A DNA stretch of 63,385 nt, filler included, from Octopus bimaculoides (GCF_001194135.2; 5 parts of 4 records of this genome joined end to end with filler, not necessarily neighbours in it); one strand, 5' to 3'. Positions 11,921 to 24,290 are shown, counted from the first letter of the whole stretch. Notes: generated by a model not told the origin, from the letters alone. Numbers and translations: made by a program.

Positions 11921-12644
11921 AGCTGTAGTCCACCACACACTAAGCACAGTCTTCTGAGGATGAAGTGATGTCTGTCAAGTATTTGGCACTGGGACATCTA
12001 GTTACAACTAATGATAAATTCTCTTCCTGTTTCAATATAAGAACTATTTTTTAATGACAAGTAACTAAATAATGAGAAAAAAAACGAATTAATTGTTTTT
12101 AACGTTAAATGAGCGGGAAGCTAACTGATAGGCTCTGAAGTTTATTTCTATCCGTTAATACACGAGGAACCGCTTTTGCTTAGCTTCCATATTTTTCAGC
12201 ATATATGGTGAACATTCATGAAAGTTCTTGACAAATTATTTGAGAATTATATTCAACAGTAATACGCAGTTCTTCATTGTCTTCCTTTATATTGTCAATA
12301 TTCAAGAGATTCATCCCAAGAAATATATTTTGCAAGACATTCCTGAAAAGTATATTCTGGAACTACATTTTTACTAAATGGCATGCATGCTCTACGTAAA
12401 GCAGGTTTGGAATCGAATTTGAACTCATAAAGAGATCAGCTAAAAATTACACCATGTTCAACTGACATTTCAGGAGAGACCAAAGCTAAAGAAAAAAATA
12501 GACACACTAAGAGTGTACGCTGACTGATATATCACTTGATAGTTATGAATATCAATGTCATTAATTTTCAATATTCTGGAAGATCAGTCTATAGAAAATC
12601 TCACATACATACATACATACATATATACATATATGCATACATAC

Positions 12645-13925
12645 TTCGACTTGCTAAAGTTACAGAGAACATGATCAAAGTCATAGCTGACCTGATTTCA
12701 TCGTGGGCTACCATATTGAAATTAAGCATAAAAGTAACTGTATTATCAGTGATAGAATACAGTATCATCGCAAAGGCATATTCCAAGGGTACAGCCTCTC
12801 TATGTTGTTAATACATTCTGTAAACCCCCTTGTCATTCATGTTAAGTAAGTCTTAAGGATATCCCACTGGTTCACAAGGAAACAGAAATACCAAAAGTAC
12901 ACATCGCTTTTTTGTGGATGACTTGAAATTTTATGCAAAGAATATGCACGAGAAGAAAAAGAGCCTTGACTTAGTTCGGGTTGGAGTTTGGACAGAATAA
13001 ATGTTGTTATGTGGTTATAAAAAGGGGAAAAATTGTAAACCAGACTAGCAACATCTCCATCAATGATTTGACTGTTTCCCCTATATCTGACAACGAATGA
13101 TACAGGTATCTAGGGGTGGATGAAAACATCTTACAATGGTATCTGTAACAAAACACGTGGCACTAAAGAATATTACAGCCGAATAAAGAAAATTTGGACC
13201 TCAGAACTTTCTTTATTCAGTAAAACAGTGGCCCAAAATGTGCTTGCTGTGCTAGTATTCATACCAACATTTCGGTTGTTTCATTGGGCGCTTGATGAAA
13301 TCCAAGCCATTGATGTGAAAACCCGAAAAATACTATCAAGTACACACGATTTCCACATAAACAGTGGCGTAGACTGCCTGTACCTAAAATGAAAACAAGG
13401 TGACAGAGGCTTAACATCGATCTAAAATGTCTTTGAATGTCGTATCATATCCCATCGGCGACATTTTTTAACCACCAAGTGTCGAAGTGCATCCCTTGAC
13501 AAAGTTTGCATACATGACGCTGATAACATCATAAATCTTGGAAGGCAGCTCCTTGAACAACATGCTTTATCTGTTAACATTAAATACATGCCCTAAGATG
13601 TCGCACGACCCTATCGCAACGTATCATCAGATGAAAGGATGAACCTGTATCAGCAGAAGACTATGCATGGATATGTTAGTAGAAAGCTTGGAGATGAGAG
13701 TAACATTGATCATAAAAACAATCTATCATGGACTAATAGCCGGATTACTACCTCTCACTTTGAAGGGTATACATTTGCAATCCAGGAACAGGCAATATCA
13801 ACCAAATACCTGATGCACAAAAGGGATAGAGATTCAGGAAAAGCAGTAAAATGTGACAACCGATGCAGACTTTGTGGAGTTAATACCGAAGATATCACCC
13901 ATATCATAGTCAGTTGTCTGAAAAT
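12645..13925 (+). mobile_element. R4/Dong-clade non-LTR retrotransposon, RT plus CCHC region, pseudogenised
   Basis: Frameshifted translation: RKGIFQG.SLS..LFILSVNPLSF, FFVDDLKFYAK, KEYYSRIKKIWTSELS, IDVKTRKIL..TH.FH.NS.VD.LY..RK.G.RGL, K.MHGY, SHFEGY.FAIQEQ.ISTKYL, CRLCG..TEDITHII.SC. Truncated by a microsatellite and gap at about 13930. Confidence 0.88.
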
Positions 13926-14594
13926 TACAAACATATATATATATATATGTATACATACATATATATATGTATACATATATACATACATATATATATGTAT
14001 GTATATATATGTATATGTATATATATATANNNNNNNNNNNNNNNNNNNNNNNNNNNNNNNNNNNNNNNNNNNNNNNNNNNNNNNNNNNNNNNNNNNNNNN
14101 NNNNNNNNNNNNNNNNNNNNNNNNNNNNNNNNNNNNNNNNNNNNNNNNNNNNNNNNNNNNNNNNNNNNNNNNNNNNNNNNNNNNNNNNNNNNNNNNNNNN
14201 NNNNNNNNNNNNNNNNNNNNNNNNNNNNNNNNNNNNNNNNNNNNNNNNNNNNNNNNNNNNNNNNNNNNNNNNNNNNNNNNNNNNNNNNNNNNNNNNNNNN
14301 NNNNNNNNNNNNNNNNNNNNNNNNNNNNNNNNNNNNNNNNNNNNNNNNNNNNNNNNNNNNNNNNNNNNNNNNNNNNNNNNNNNNNNNNNNNNNNNNNNNN
14401 NNNNNNNNNNNNNNNNNNNNNNNNNNNNNNNNNNNNNNNNNNNNNNNNNNNNNNNNNNNNNNNNNNNNNNNNNNNNNNNNNNNNNNNNNNNNNNNNNNNN
14501 NNNNNNNNNNNNNNNNNNNNNNNNNNNNNNNNNNNNNNNNNNNNNNNNNNNNNNNNNNNNNNNNNNNNNNNNNNNNNNNNNNNNNNNNNNNNNN

Positions 14595-14706
14595 TGTAGT
14601 CCATACGGTGCCGGAATGTCGTTGCTGGTGGCCTGGGAGTTGTTGGCCGTGCGTTTCTTTGCTCCTAGGATGTTTGACCACATCATCATATGAGCATTGC
14701 GGATCT

Positions 14707-14779
<73 letters not shown>

Positions 14780-15118
14780 CCCTCTCTCTCTCTCCCTCTC
14801 TACTCATACTCCCGTATCGTTGTTTCCCTCATATTGGTGATGTGGGGTTGCATCACCTGGATGTAGTTCGACAGGCTGTCTACCGATATTCCGCCGGACT
14901 TGTCCGTGCAGAAGTACACGACTTCCCTATTTCTTGTGCGCTGTATGAGCTTGCACAGGCCACCTGTGGTCTTCTTGTCGAGTTGCTGTGCCTCTTTACC
15001 ACTCCGTCTTCTAGTTTATTGCTCTAAAATTTGTATAAGTTTAGTACTCACCATGTTGAATCGTGCTTCTATTTCGTCATTTGTCTGTTGAGGGATGCAA
15101 ATCCTTTTGTTGAAGGGT
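14595..15118 (-). mobile_element. Penelope-like RT N-terminal fragment (left arm of an inverted pair)
   Basis: Reverse translation: VVYFCTDKSGGISVDSLSNYIQVMQPHI...NAHMMMWSNILGAKKRTANNSQATSNDIPAPYGL, with PLE-type TDKSG and P.LYGL motifs; interrupted by a (TC)n tract at 14705-14800. Confidence 0.75.
14705..14800. repeat. (TC)n microsatellite inside the PLE coding sequence
   Basis: Direct read of the sequence. Confidence 0.95.
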
Positions 15119-15705
15119 ACCTACCCCACATTATCAACATGAGGGAAACAATAATACGGGTGTATGAGGAGAGAGAGAAAAGATCCTCAATCTCATATGA
15201 TGATGTGATCAAACAAACTAGGGGCAAAGAAGCACACGTCCAACAACTTCCAGGGCACCAATAATGACATCCCAGCACTGTATGGACTGCGCAAGGATCA
15301 TAAAATGACTACTGACCCAGTGACAGGACCACCGATGAGACCGGTCTGCGGAGCCAATGTTGCCAACAACTACCGGATCTCCTACTTCCTCTCAATGATA
15401 ATAAGCCATCTGATAAAAATATCCCCAGATGTGTGTGAAAGCACAGAGGACCTCCTCAGCAGAATCAATGAGTTCAACCGTGCCCACGACCTGACGAGAT
15501 GCATAATAGGCAGTATGGACGTAGTGTCCATATACCTATCTATCGATGTTGATTTTGGTGTGGAGAAATGCGTGGAGGTGATCAGCGAGAGCGATGTGGA
15601 GTTCCATGGTGTTGACACTGAAGAATTAGGCCTCCTCCTGAGACTGACATGTGACAATATGATAAACATGACCTTACTTATTTCTGCCCCACTAGATCGA
15701 TAAGA
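15119..15705 (+). mobile_element. Penelope-like RT fragment (right arm of the inverted pair)
   Basis: IPALYGLRKDHK followed by ORF 15305-15703 with DPVTGPPMRPVCGA, VCESTEDLLSRI and IIGSMDVVSIYLSID (RT motif A region, S.DV..LYPSI). Confidence 0.85.
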
Positions 15706-17991
15706 GGTAGAGTCCCCCCCACACACATACTCATACACAATAACTTATGTAACCAAGAAGGGTAATACACACACAATAGACATATATGCACTTACCTATG
15801 TTACCTATGAGAAATATAGATGTATAAATAAATAAATAAATAAATACACAGATAAATAAATGAATATATAAATATATTTGTCACATACCTGCGATAAATA
15901 TAAGACATAGGGATAGATAAAATAAATAAATGAAACTATATAAAGAGCATGAATACATACAACATACGAAGTGAACCCGTGCACACACACAAACACATAC
16001 ACAAGAAATTTCATGGACGGCCATAACAATGTCAACAACACAATTAACAACAACAGCGGCAGTAGCGGCCGTGACAACGATGGCAATAACAACAACAACT
16101 ACCACGATGGAAATATATCGTGGGCGAACACACGTACACAGAAGAATACAGGAACTGTACCAAACTATTTTGGCGTGGTCTTAGGACAGCAGTAGCACAA
16201 TGGGGTGAGAGGTTGGGGCTGAGGGGAAGGCCACACTGCTGCTAAAAACTATGACACACACAAAAGCACACACACACCCACACACAGATACAAACAAGGA
16301 CTCAAACGCATGCGCACATAAGGATACACATCTTGGAAGAACTGAATGAAGTAAGTGGAGCAAGAACACACACGGAAACGAAAAGTGTCACTGAAGATGT
16401 ATAACAAAAGATTTCCGGACAATGGACATTAGTTAAAATAATAAAATAAGAACAGTAATAAACGTGTGAAGAAAACATATATAGTGCGTGTGTTTATTTG
16501 GCAACAGAAATGGCCATCCCGAAAAACAACAATATACATGCATGTTGGCCAAAAGTCACCCGACTGTAAATCAAAATTCCATAAATAATAAATATTCAAT
16601 TTTATTTGCATTCCAATTATAAAAGTTTAATAATTGAATGCTGTGAGTTAAAAGCAGCGTGTTTTTTCATCATTTGACTATTTATTAGCGAAATTTCATA
16701 TAAAATAATTGTTTNNNNNNNNNNNNNNNNNNNNNNNNNNNNNNNNNNNNNNNNNNNNNNNNNNNNNNNNNNNNNNNNNNNNNNNNNNNNNNNNNNNNNN
16801 NNNNNNNNNNNNNNNNNNNNNNNNNNNNNNNNNNNNNNNNNNNNNNNNNNNNNNNNNNNNNNNNNNNNNNNNNNNNNNNNNNNNNNNNNNNNNNNNNNNN
16901 NNNNNNNNNNNNNNNNNNNNNNNNNNNNNNNNNNNNNNNNNNNNNNNNNNNNNNNNNNNNNNNNNNNNNNNNNNNNNNNNNNNNNNNNNNNNNNNNNNNN
17001 NNNNNNNNNNNNNNNNNNNNNNNNNNNNNNNNNNNNNNNNNNNNNNNNNNNNNNNNNNNNNNNNNNNNNNNNNNNNNNNNNNNNNNNNNNNNNNNNNNNN
17101 NNNNNNNNNNNNNNNNNNNNNNNNNNNNNNNNNNNNNNNNNNNNNNNNNNNNNNNNNNNNNNNNNNNNNNNNNNNNNNNNNNNNNNNNNNNNNNNNNNNN
17201 NNNNNNNNNNNNNNNNNNNNNNNNNNNNNNNNNNNNNNNNNNNNNNNNNNNNNNNNNNNNNNNNNNNNNNNNNNNNNNNNNNNNNNNNNNNNNNNNNNNN
17301 NNNNNNNNNNNNNNNNNNNNNNNNNNNNNNNNNNNNNNNNNNNNNNNNNNNNNNNNNNNNNNNNNNNNNNNNNNNNNNNNNNNNNNNNNNNNNNNNNNNN
17401 NNNNNNNNNNNNNNNNNNNNNNNNNNNNNNNNNNNNNNNNNNNNNNNNNNTATATATATACATACATGCATATATATAATGACATGTATTTGTATAAGCG
17501 TATGTGTGAGTGTATTTGCGAAAGAATAAAACTTAACATGTGCAACCTAACATGTGAAGCAAAGTGGACAGCCAGTGTATCCAATGCCGCTCGTGTCGAG
17601 CGTGCTGGGGCGCGTCCACAGCGAGCGGATCGTAACTGCCAGCGTCTACTAGATTCAAAAGAGCCAGTTGGATGTGTTAGCATCAAAGTCAAATTTTTCC
17701 TAACGGGGACAGTGATTATATATTACCTAGGGAGATACAACTGGATCCCATTATACAGTTAAGCCGTTACTTAATTTAGACACTGTGTATACGTGGATCT
17801 ATGTTGTATCGAAGCATGTGTAGTGTTTATTAAATAGCCATCTAAACGTACTCATTTTTGACTCTGTTTATTCAATTTTATTTTATGAATGCCTAATCTT
17901 AGACTTAGAAGTATGCCGTAATACTACCGGCTGTCTGGTAATTCTATGGGTGAACGAGCTCTACTTTGTATTCTGACACGTTTTTAACGGA

Positions 17992-18057
<66 letters not shown>

Positions 18058-18191
18058 NNNNNNNNNNNNNNNNNNNNNNNNNNNNNNNNNNNNNNNNNNN
18101 NTTAATTAATTAANNNNNNNNNNNNNNNNNNNNNNNNNNNNNNNNNNNNNNNNNNNNTATATGTGTGTGTGTATATATGTATGTGTGTAAG

Positions 18192-18223
<32 letters not shown>

Positions 18224-18841
18224 CTATGTGTGTAAGATATTTGTATGTGTGCACCGATTGAAAAATTTGAAAAATGAAAAAAAAAATGCAAGAAATATTG
18301 TTAAGTACACATTTATTTTTAACATGCCATTTTATTTAAGTCATTATATACATTATTAGATTATCATTCCATTGTGGAATTATTATGCTCCGTAATACTG
18401 ATTATGGTGATGAAGACGTGGGCTTGCAATGTGCAAATGACTTAAATATATATATATATATATATATTGAGATATATTTATTCCAACCCCGTCGTATTTA
18501 GCATACACGTAGCTTAACTTTCATTACCACCAACACTACTACTGTTGGTGCTGCTGCTACTACTACTATTACTGCTGCTACCCCTACCCGTACCTCGCCA
18601 CCCACAAAAAATAACGAACTAAAAAATACAAGTGCCGAAGTGAAAGTTGTTCTCCGAATTGTATTAGTCATTGATAAGGTCACAGACTGTGACGAAAGGA
18701 CTTTGACAGACTAATCAACTAACCAATTGATCAATTAGAGTAATTATCTAATTGATTGGTAATAAAACTAACGTGGGACATTGTCTGTGAGTGTGCTTTT
18801 ATGGGCAGCATGAGTTTCCTAAGTCACAATATAATATATGC

Positions 18842-18912
<71 letters not shown>

Positions 18913-20876
18913 CTCACACACGCGCACACACACGTTATTAAAAACTGACGAGTAGTTCTTTTGTAATTGTCAACATGAGTAGTCATTATGAGACGGTTAA
19001 AACGTCCATGCTTTTTACATACAGCTTGCACTGCAGGACATTCCCTTCATTAGCTCTTAAGAGCAGATCACTACAATTTTGGCACCTTTTAATCAACAAT
19101 TTCATATCCCTCCATCGCTATTGAATAGCAATGATGCTACCAGGGGATGAATAACTGGTAATTTGTCCTGAACACTGTTAAATTCATCGTTTCCAACTCC
19201 TGTTAATCGCCTCCACTGACGGCCATTTCTGATTCACATTACTGTCTAAGTAAGCACTACAGCAATGTTTTATACAATAGATTTTTCATCTTGTTTGAAC
19301 TCCAATAAACACATCCCAGCTACATGCTTGACGTGAAAAGACTATGGCATATATTGTTCCTTATCTGGCGAGACATTTTTAGGGAATTTATAATCCGGTA
19401 GACCTTTCATATTGCTCCTGATATTTTATAGGTTATTGTTATATCATCTTTCTGAGACTTCGCTCCATCCTTCTGAAATTTCACCTTCAATTCCCAAAGT
19501 GACACACACCTTTTGTGGCAGTTTTTTTCACCAATCTTTTACATACAACTATGTTTCCCAGCTATTCTTATAATCAGGCGTTCATGAGTATATATTCCGA
19601 CACCATTGCTCCCTCTAACGGTTCTCAGGAGCATTGAAGCTATCAGGCAATGTCTGGGTTATTATGATCTACACTGTAGCATACTTTTATCTCTCTTGTT
19701 ATCCGTGTGACAACTACACCGAAGCAGTTGCAGCTATGTCACCACTTCTCCCATATGGCATCTCTCTTGTATACTTCTGGCAAACGATCTGTTCTTTTCC
19801 CTTCGCTTAGGTCTTCACTCTCATACTTTTCTCCAGGATTACTTTGGTGTCTGTTGAAACTGCATCAGGTTCACTCTTCAACATTGTTTGTCTCGTCTGT
19901 AATTGGTCTTCCTTCACCTGGCCATCAGTTTTCCTATTTTGCATTGAATTGGGGCTCACAACCTTATCCAAATCTATCACAGCATGTTTCATGGATAAAT
20001 GAAAAAAAAAACATGGTAATTTTCCCAAATGCCGAATTCTTCAAGAAGCTGTTCTTTAAAATTTCACAAAATCCCATTTGTAGAGATACCTAAGCATGGA
20101 TATTTCACGTGTGTGTGTAAACGTCTGCTATTTGGCTTTCAGTTTAAAAGAAACTAGTAGTTGTAAGTTGCGATGTTTCAGCTCTAAAATGATTAGCCTA
20201 AACTCCGTCTCTTGTATCGTGTACTTTTTCAACAAGTTTCTGAGCACAAGTGTTTATCAATTATACACTAGCATGAACAATCTCTCTCTTAATGATAGCG
20301 TATTTAGCATTTGTATATGGTGATTATTAACTGTGTGTTTTCTGTGTATGTATGTGTATTTATTTATGTATATATATTCTGTCCATAGAAAGAAAAATGA
20401 GTTTGCTTACCATTGTCAAATACGTCAACGGCAAGTGACAGCGATATATCCACATATAATTATTAGCAATGTGTATTCATTTGCTGTCAAGGTAAGGAGA
20501 TAGTGCTGAAGTAGGAGGTTGTCAAACGACAAGTGGCGAGTGAGTGAGTGACAGTTGGAGAAATAAAACGAAAGTGAGTGTAAGGCTGAGGTGCTTAGCA
20601 CACTGTCCTGGCTGATAAATTAAGGAAAGACTGAAAGAGAGTGAGAGTATATAAACGAATGTGGAGTGGAGTGGAGTTAGCTTTATATTGTTTTAAGCAG
20701 GACGACAAATAGGAACTGCCTTAACTATCCTGGGAAATACGACGGGAAAACAGAAAAAAAAAAGAACCATTCTGTTTTACTAGGAGTATTGTGATAAGTG
20801 AATTTCTGTATAATGCTAAGCTTGAGATGACTTTATTGTAAATATTGTCTCACATTTTTAATCAATTTTTATCACT

Positions 20877-20996
20877 ATAGGCACGGACATGGTTGTATTG
20901 TAAGAAGTTTACTTCCGAATCACATGGTTTCGGGTTCAGTTTCCCTGTGTGGCACCTTGGGCAAGTGTTTCCTACTATAGCCAAGGCGCCAACTAA

Positions 20997-21047
<51 letters not shown>

Positions 21048-21230
21048 TGTGTGCTTTGTGCTGGTGTTGGTTTGTTATTGTCTCAGTAACTCAGCGCTCC
21101 GGCAAAGGATATCGACCTAAGAAAACTAATATTAGTACATACTGGGTAGATTTGTTCGACTAAAATCCTTGAAAATGGTGCCCCCAAATGGTAGCTGACC
21201 AGTAATTGAAACAAGTGCAAAAAAAAAAAA
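20877..21230 (+). mobile_element. Composite SINE: family A head + internal (TA)n/(TG)n + family C tail
   Basis: tRNA-like head, CORE-like GGCACCTTGGGCAAGTG, microsatellite at 20998-21055, tail GATTTGTTCGACTAAA..TGGTGCCCC..ATGG..TGAAACAAGT. Confidence 0.8.
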
Positions 21231-21559
21231 ATCGATGTTTAAGCTATTCAATGGTCGCATAAAATGTTATGAAAAGTTGTCGTTTATGGCGGCACAAGTG
21301 TGTTATATGGTTACATACTTTAATGACCCATCATTTTCAGCGGGTGACAAGAGCTTATCGTATTTACGAATTATTAATCTCAGCTTTTCAACTAAAATCG
21401 AAGTGTAATATTTTCGCATTAAAAACAATCTGCAAAAGTCTTTAGATAAGAAATTTACCAATAGGCCAATACGTTGTTTTGAACGGATGTTCCATTTTCT
21501 ATTATTCATAAAACTAAGGCATTGGAACGCACACACTCATACTCACACTTACATACACG

Positions 21560-21700
21560 CACACATCAACATCATCACTTTAGCGCCCACTTTTCCATGC
21601 TTGCATGGGTCCAAGTTTAATGAGAGATTTTCTATAGCCGAATGCTCTTCCTGTCTCCAACTCTCATCTGTTTCCAAGTAACGTAATATTTTTTCCCATG
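21560..21700 (-). mobile_element. RTE-type 3' tail element, family F (degenerate)
   Basis: CATCATC..TTTCCATGCTTGCATGGG ... TAGCCGAATGCTCTTCCT..TCCAAC is the reverse of the family F tail. Confidence 0.6.
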
Positions 21701-21754
21701 GGTAGACATGCTCTCACAGAATATTGGAAGTGAATGATACTGCTTATATGATAT

Positions 21755-21990
21755 AAGTGTTCTTGAGCAAGACACTTCATTTCACGTTGCTCCAGTTCAC
21801 TCAGCTTTAGAAATGAGCTGCGACGTCACTGGTACCAAGCTGTATCAGTCTTTGCTTTTCCCTTAGATAACATCAGTGGCATGAAGAGGGGAGACTGGTA
21901 TGCATAGACGACTGCTGGTCTTCGATAAACAACCTTACTCGGACTTGTTGTTTGGAGGGGAACTTTCATGACCAAAGGTGGTCTTTTACC
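21755..21990 (+). mobile_element. SINE family H (CORE-like), 5'-truncated
   Basis: TTGAGCAAGACACTTCATTTCACGTTGCTCCAGTTCACTCAGCT ... GGGGAGACTGGTATGCAT; mirrors 38575-38855(-). Confidence 0.8.
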
Positions 21991-22521
21991 CTTTATCCTT
22001 TATATGATATATATATATATGCCAGCTTAGAGAAGCACAAGCTTTCTCTTTCAGGGATAACATGCAATTTAGAGTCGTAAAAAGAGAAACTAAATTATGA
22101 CAGATACCGGACGTGACTACAGGGAAATCTTATAATTTTATCATATGTACATTACATAAGAGCGACACACAGAGAGCTATTTATGGTCTTTGAACCGATT
22201 TTGTTACACATGCTCACAGTTAAGGTACGATGTTAATAAAACATTATTCGTTCCGCATTGTCACCTGAGTTTCTTCTAGGTGAGTATCCAACGCCCTTCG
22301 ATAATCTGTTTATGGATGCTTTCATCATTGGATGAACAAAATTTATAGAATGGTTCACAACTTAACTATAACCTAAACTAACATAGGAACCCCCACCTAT
22401 CGGGTATCAAACTTCTCTCTGTGGCTTTTCACTGACGTTCGTTGTTGGGTATAACTACATTGCAGTGGTGTAGCTCAGCTGCTATTTCAGAAATGTTCGT
22501 TCTATCACTGGAAGATAGTGT

Positions 22522-22887
22522 TGTTGGCACTCTGCCGCTTACGACGTCGAGGGTTCCAGTTGATCCGATCAACAGAACAGCCTGCTCGTGAAATTAACGT
22601 GCAAGTGGCTGAGCACTCCACAGACACGTGTATCCTTAACGTAGTTCTCGGGGATATTCAGCGTGGCACAGTGTGACAAGGCTGACCCTTTGAATTACAG
22701 GCACAACAGAAACAGGAAGTAAGAGTGAGAGAAAGTTGTGGTGAAAGAGTACAGCAGGGTTCGCCACCATCCCCTGCCGGAGCCTCGTGGAGCTTTAGGT
22801 GTTTTCGCTCAATAAATACTCACAACGCCCGGTCTGGGAATCGAAACCGCGAGTCCGCTGCCCTAACCACTGGGCCATTGCGCCTCC
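22522..22887 (-). mobile_element. tRNA-derived SINE, family G, full length with TSD
   Basis: Near-exact reverse complement of 35680-36071; 8-bp target-site duplication GGAAGATA at 22510-22517 and 22888-22895. Confidence 0.95.
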
Positions 22888-23761
22888 GGAAGATATTATA
22901 TAATTAGGTATAGTTTCACTATGAAAACTTACAACACAAATTACTCACACTTTTACACAACATTAGACTGCATGTTAACCAATTACAGTTTATGAGCAAC
23001 TGCTTTCGAAAAATTTATTATTTTTTTTGTTCAAAATTGTAATTATCTAAACACGTTCCTAACGCGCTCATTGATCTTTTGTCGTTCTTTTTTTTTCGGC
23101 TGGTTTCTTCTCCTTCGATAAATATTTGCCGTTTAGTTGCGATTAACGTAACTGTTCATAACAGAATTAAATGCTTTTTGATACAGGAGTTATTCTCATC
23201 ATTGTCTCTTTTAACATCTCCGAATTTACGCTACATATAAATTTATTTACGTTAACATACTAAGCAAAGCAACTCAAACACTCGAGAACCACTTGTAGGA
23301 ACGATTTGACACTTGCACGGTTCCCTGAATTAAGAAACCATTGCTCTTTTCCCGCGTTTGATTTGAGCTGAAGCCAAACGAAACATTTACATTTACAAGC
23401 TGCAACCAGAATAACAGAATAACCCGGTGACTGACATTCTGCCATAGACGTTGGCGACGAATTAGACTGTGCCAAATGGCAGGGGTGGTTGGTAGATTTA
23501 ACCCTGGCCATTGGTTACTTTTAGCGAAGTCAACAACTGTGTGGTAAGTATTTGAGGAGGTCACCGGTTTGGGGATTCCTTCACCTTTACATCCACTAAC
23601 GTTGGAGACCTGTAAAAGAAAATCATGGACACTACTCACTTCCCTTCTGATTATATATATTTATACAAGCAGAAGGACTCGGTTTCACTCGGGATATAAA
23701 CTCATAGCCATAACACAGTAATCTTTGCTTGTAATGTAATTTGACACCTTCCGTCTAGGCA

Positions 23762-24290
23762 TTTTTAGGTAAATATTTCGTAAAGGACCCGTTCATACCT
23801 CGGTGTGAAATAATTTTTTCCCACGATTTTTTTTTCGAGTGCATTCAACGTATCTAATCTCCAAACCCACCGCAAGCCACTTATTTCCGGAAAAGCAAGT
23901 GTGGGATGGGGGGGGGGACCTTGAAGTTTCCCACCAACGGAGTTTTGTTTCGCAGGTTTTCGTTTTTCTTTTCCAGGTTATTTCGAATACTTTCAACGAA
24001 TATGGCATCGAAACCACGAGTAAACGGCTCCTTTCCCCAGAAAAGGAAAGATTTGGCTGCTATCCCTAGCACGCCATATTACCACGTAACAGCTATTTGC
24101 GATAAAGGACCCGCCTATATTTCGCTGTGGAATAATTTTTTGACCCCTCCCCCAGTTTCTTTGCCGGAAAAAAGTCTCTTGCGGTGGGTTTGGAGGTCAG
24201 ATACATTGAATGCACTCGAAAAACTTGTGGTAAAATGTCATTTCACACCGAGGTACGAACAAGTCCTTTTGGAAATATTTACCCCAGAAA
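23762..24290. mobile_element. Non-autonomous MITE/foldback element with ~150-bp terminal inverted repeats
   Basis: Left arm GGTAAATATTT..AAGGAC..TACCTCGGTGTGAAAT..TTCGAGTGCATTCAA.GTATCT..CTCCAAACCCACCGCAAG; right arm CTTGCGGTGGGTTTGGAG..AGATAC.TTGAATGCACTCGAA..ATTTCACACCGAGGTA..GTCCTT..AAATATTTACC. Confidence 0.85.

Noticed and set aside
15960-16420. Asn-rich ORF and a CACTGAAGATG motif downstream of the PLE
   Set aside because: Probably decayed PLE LTR sequence; the GAAA half of a hammerhead core is absent.
20640-20700. TATATAAA as a possible TATA box
   Set aside because: Very common in AT-rich DNA and no downstream gene is identified.
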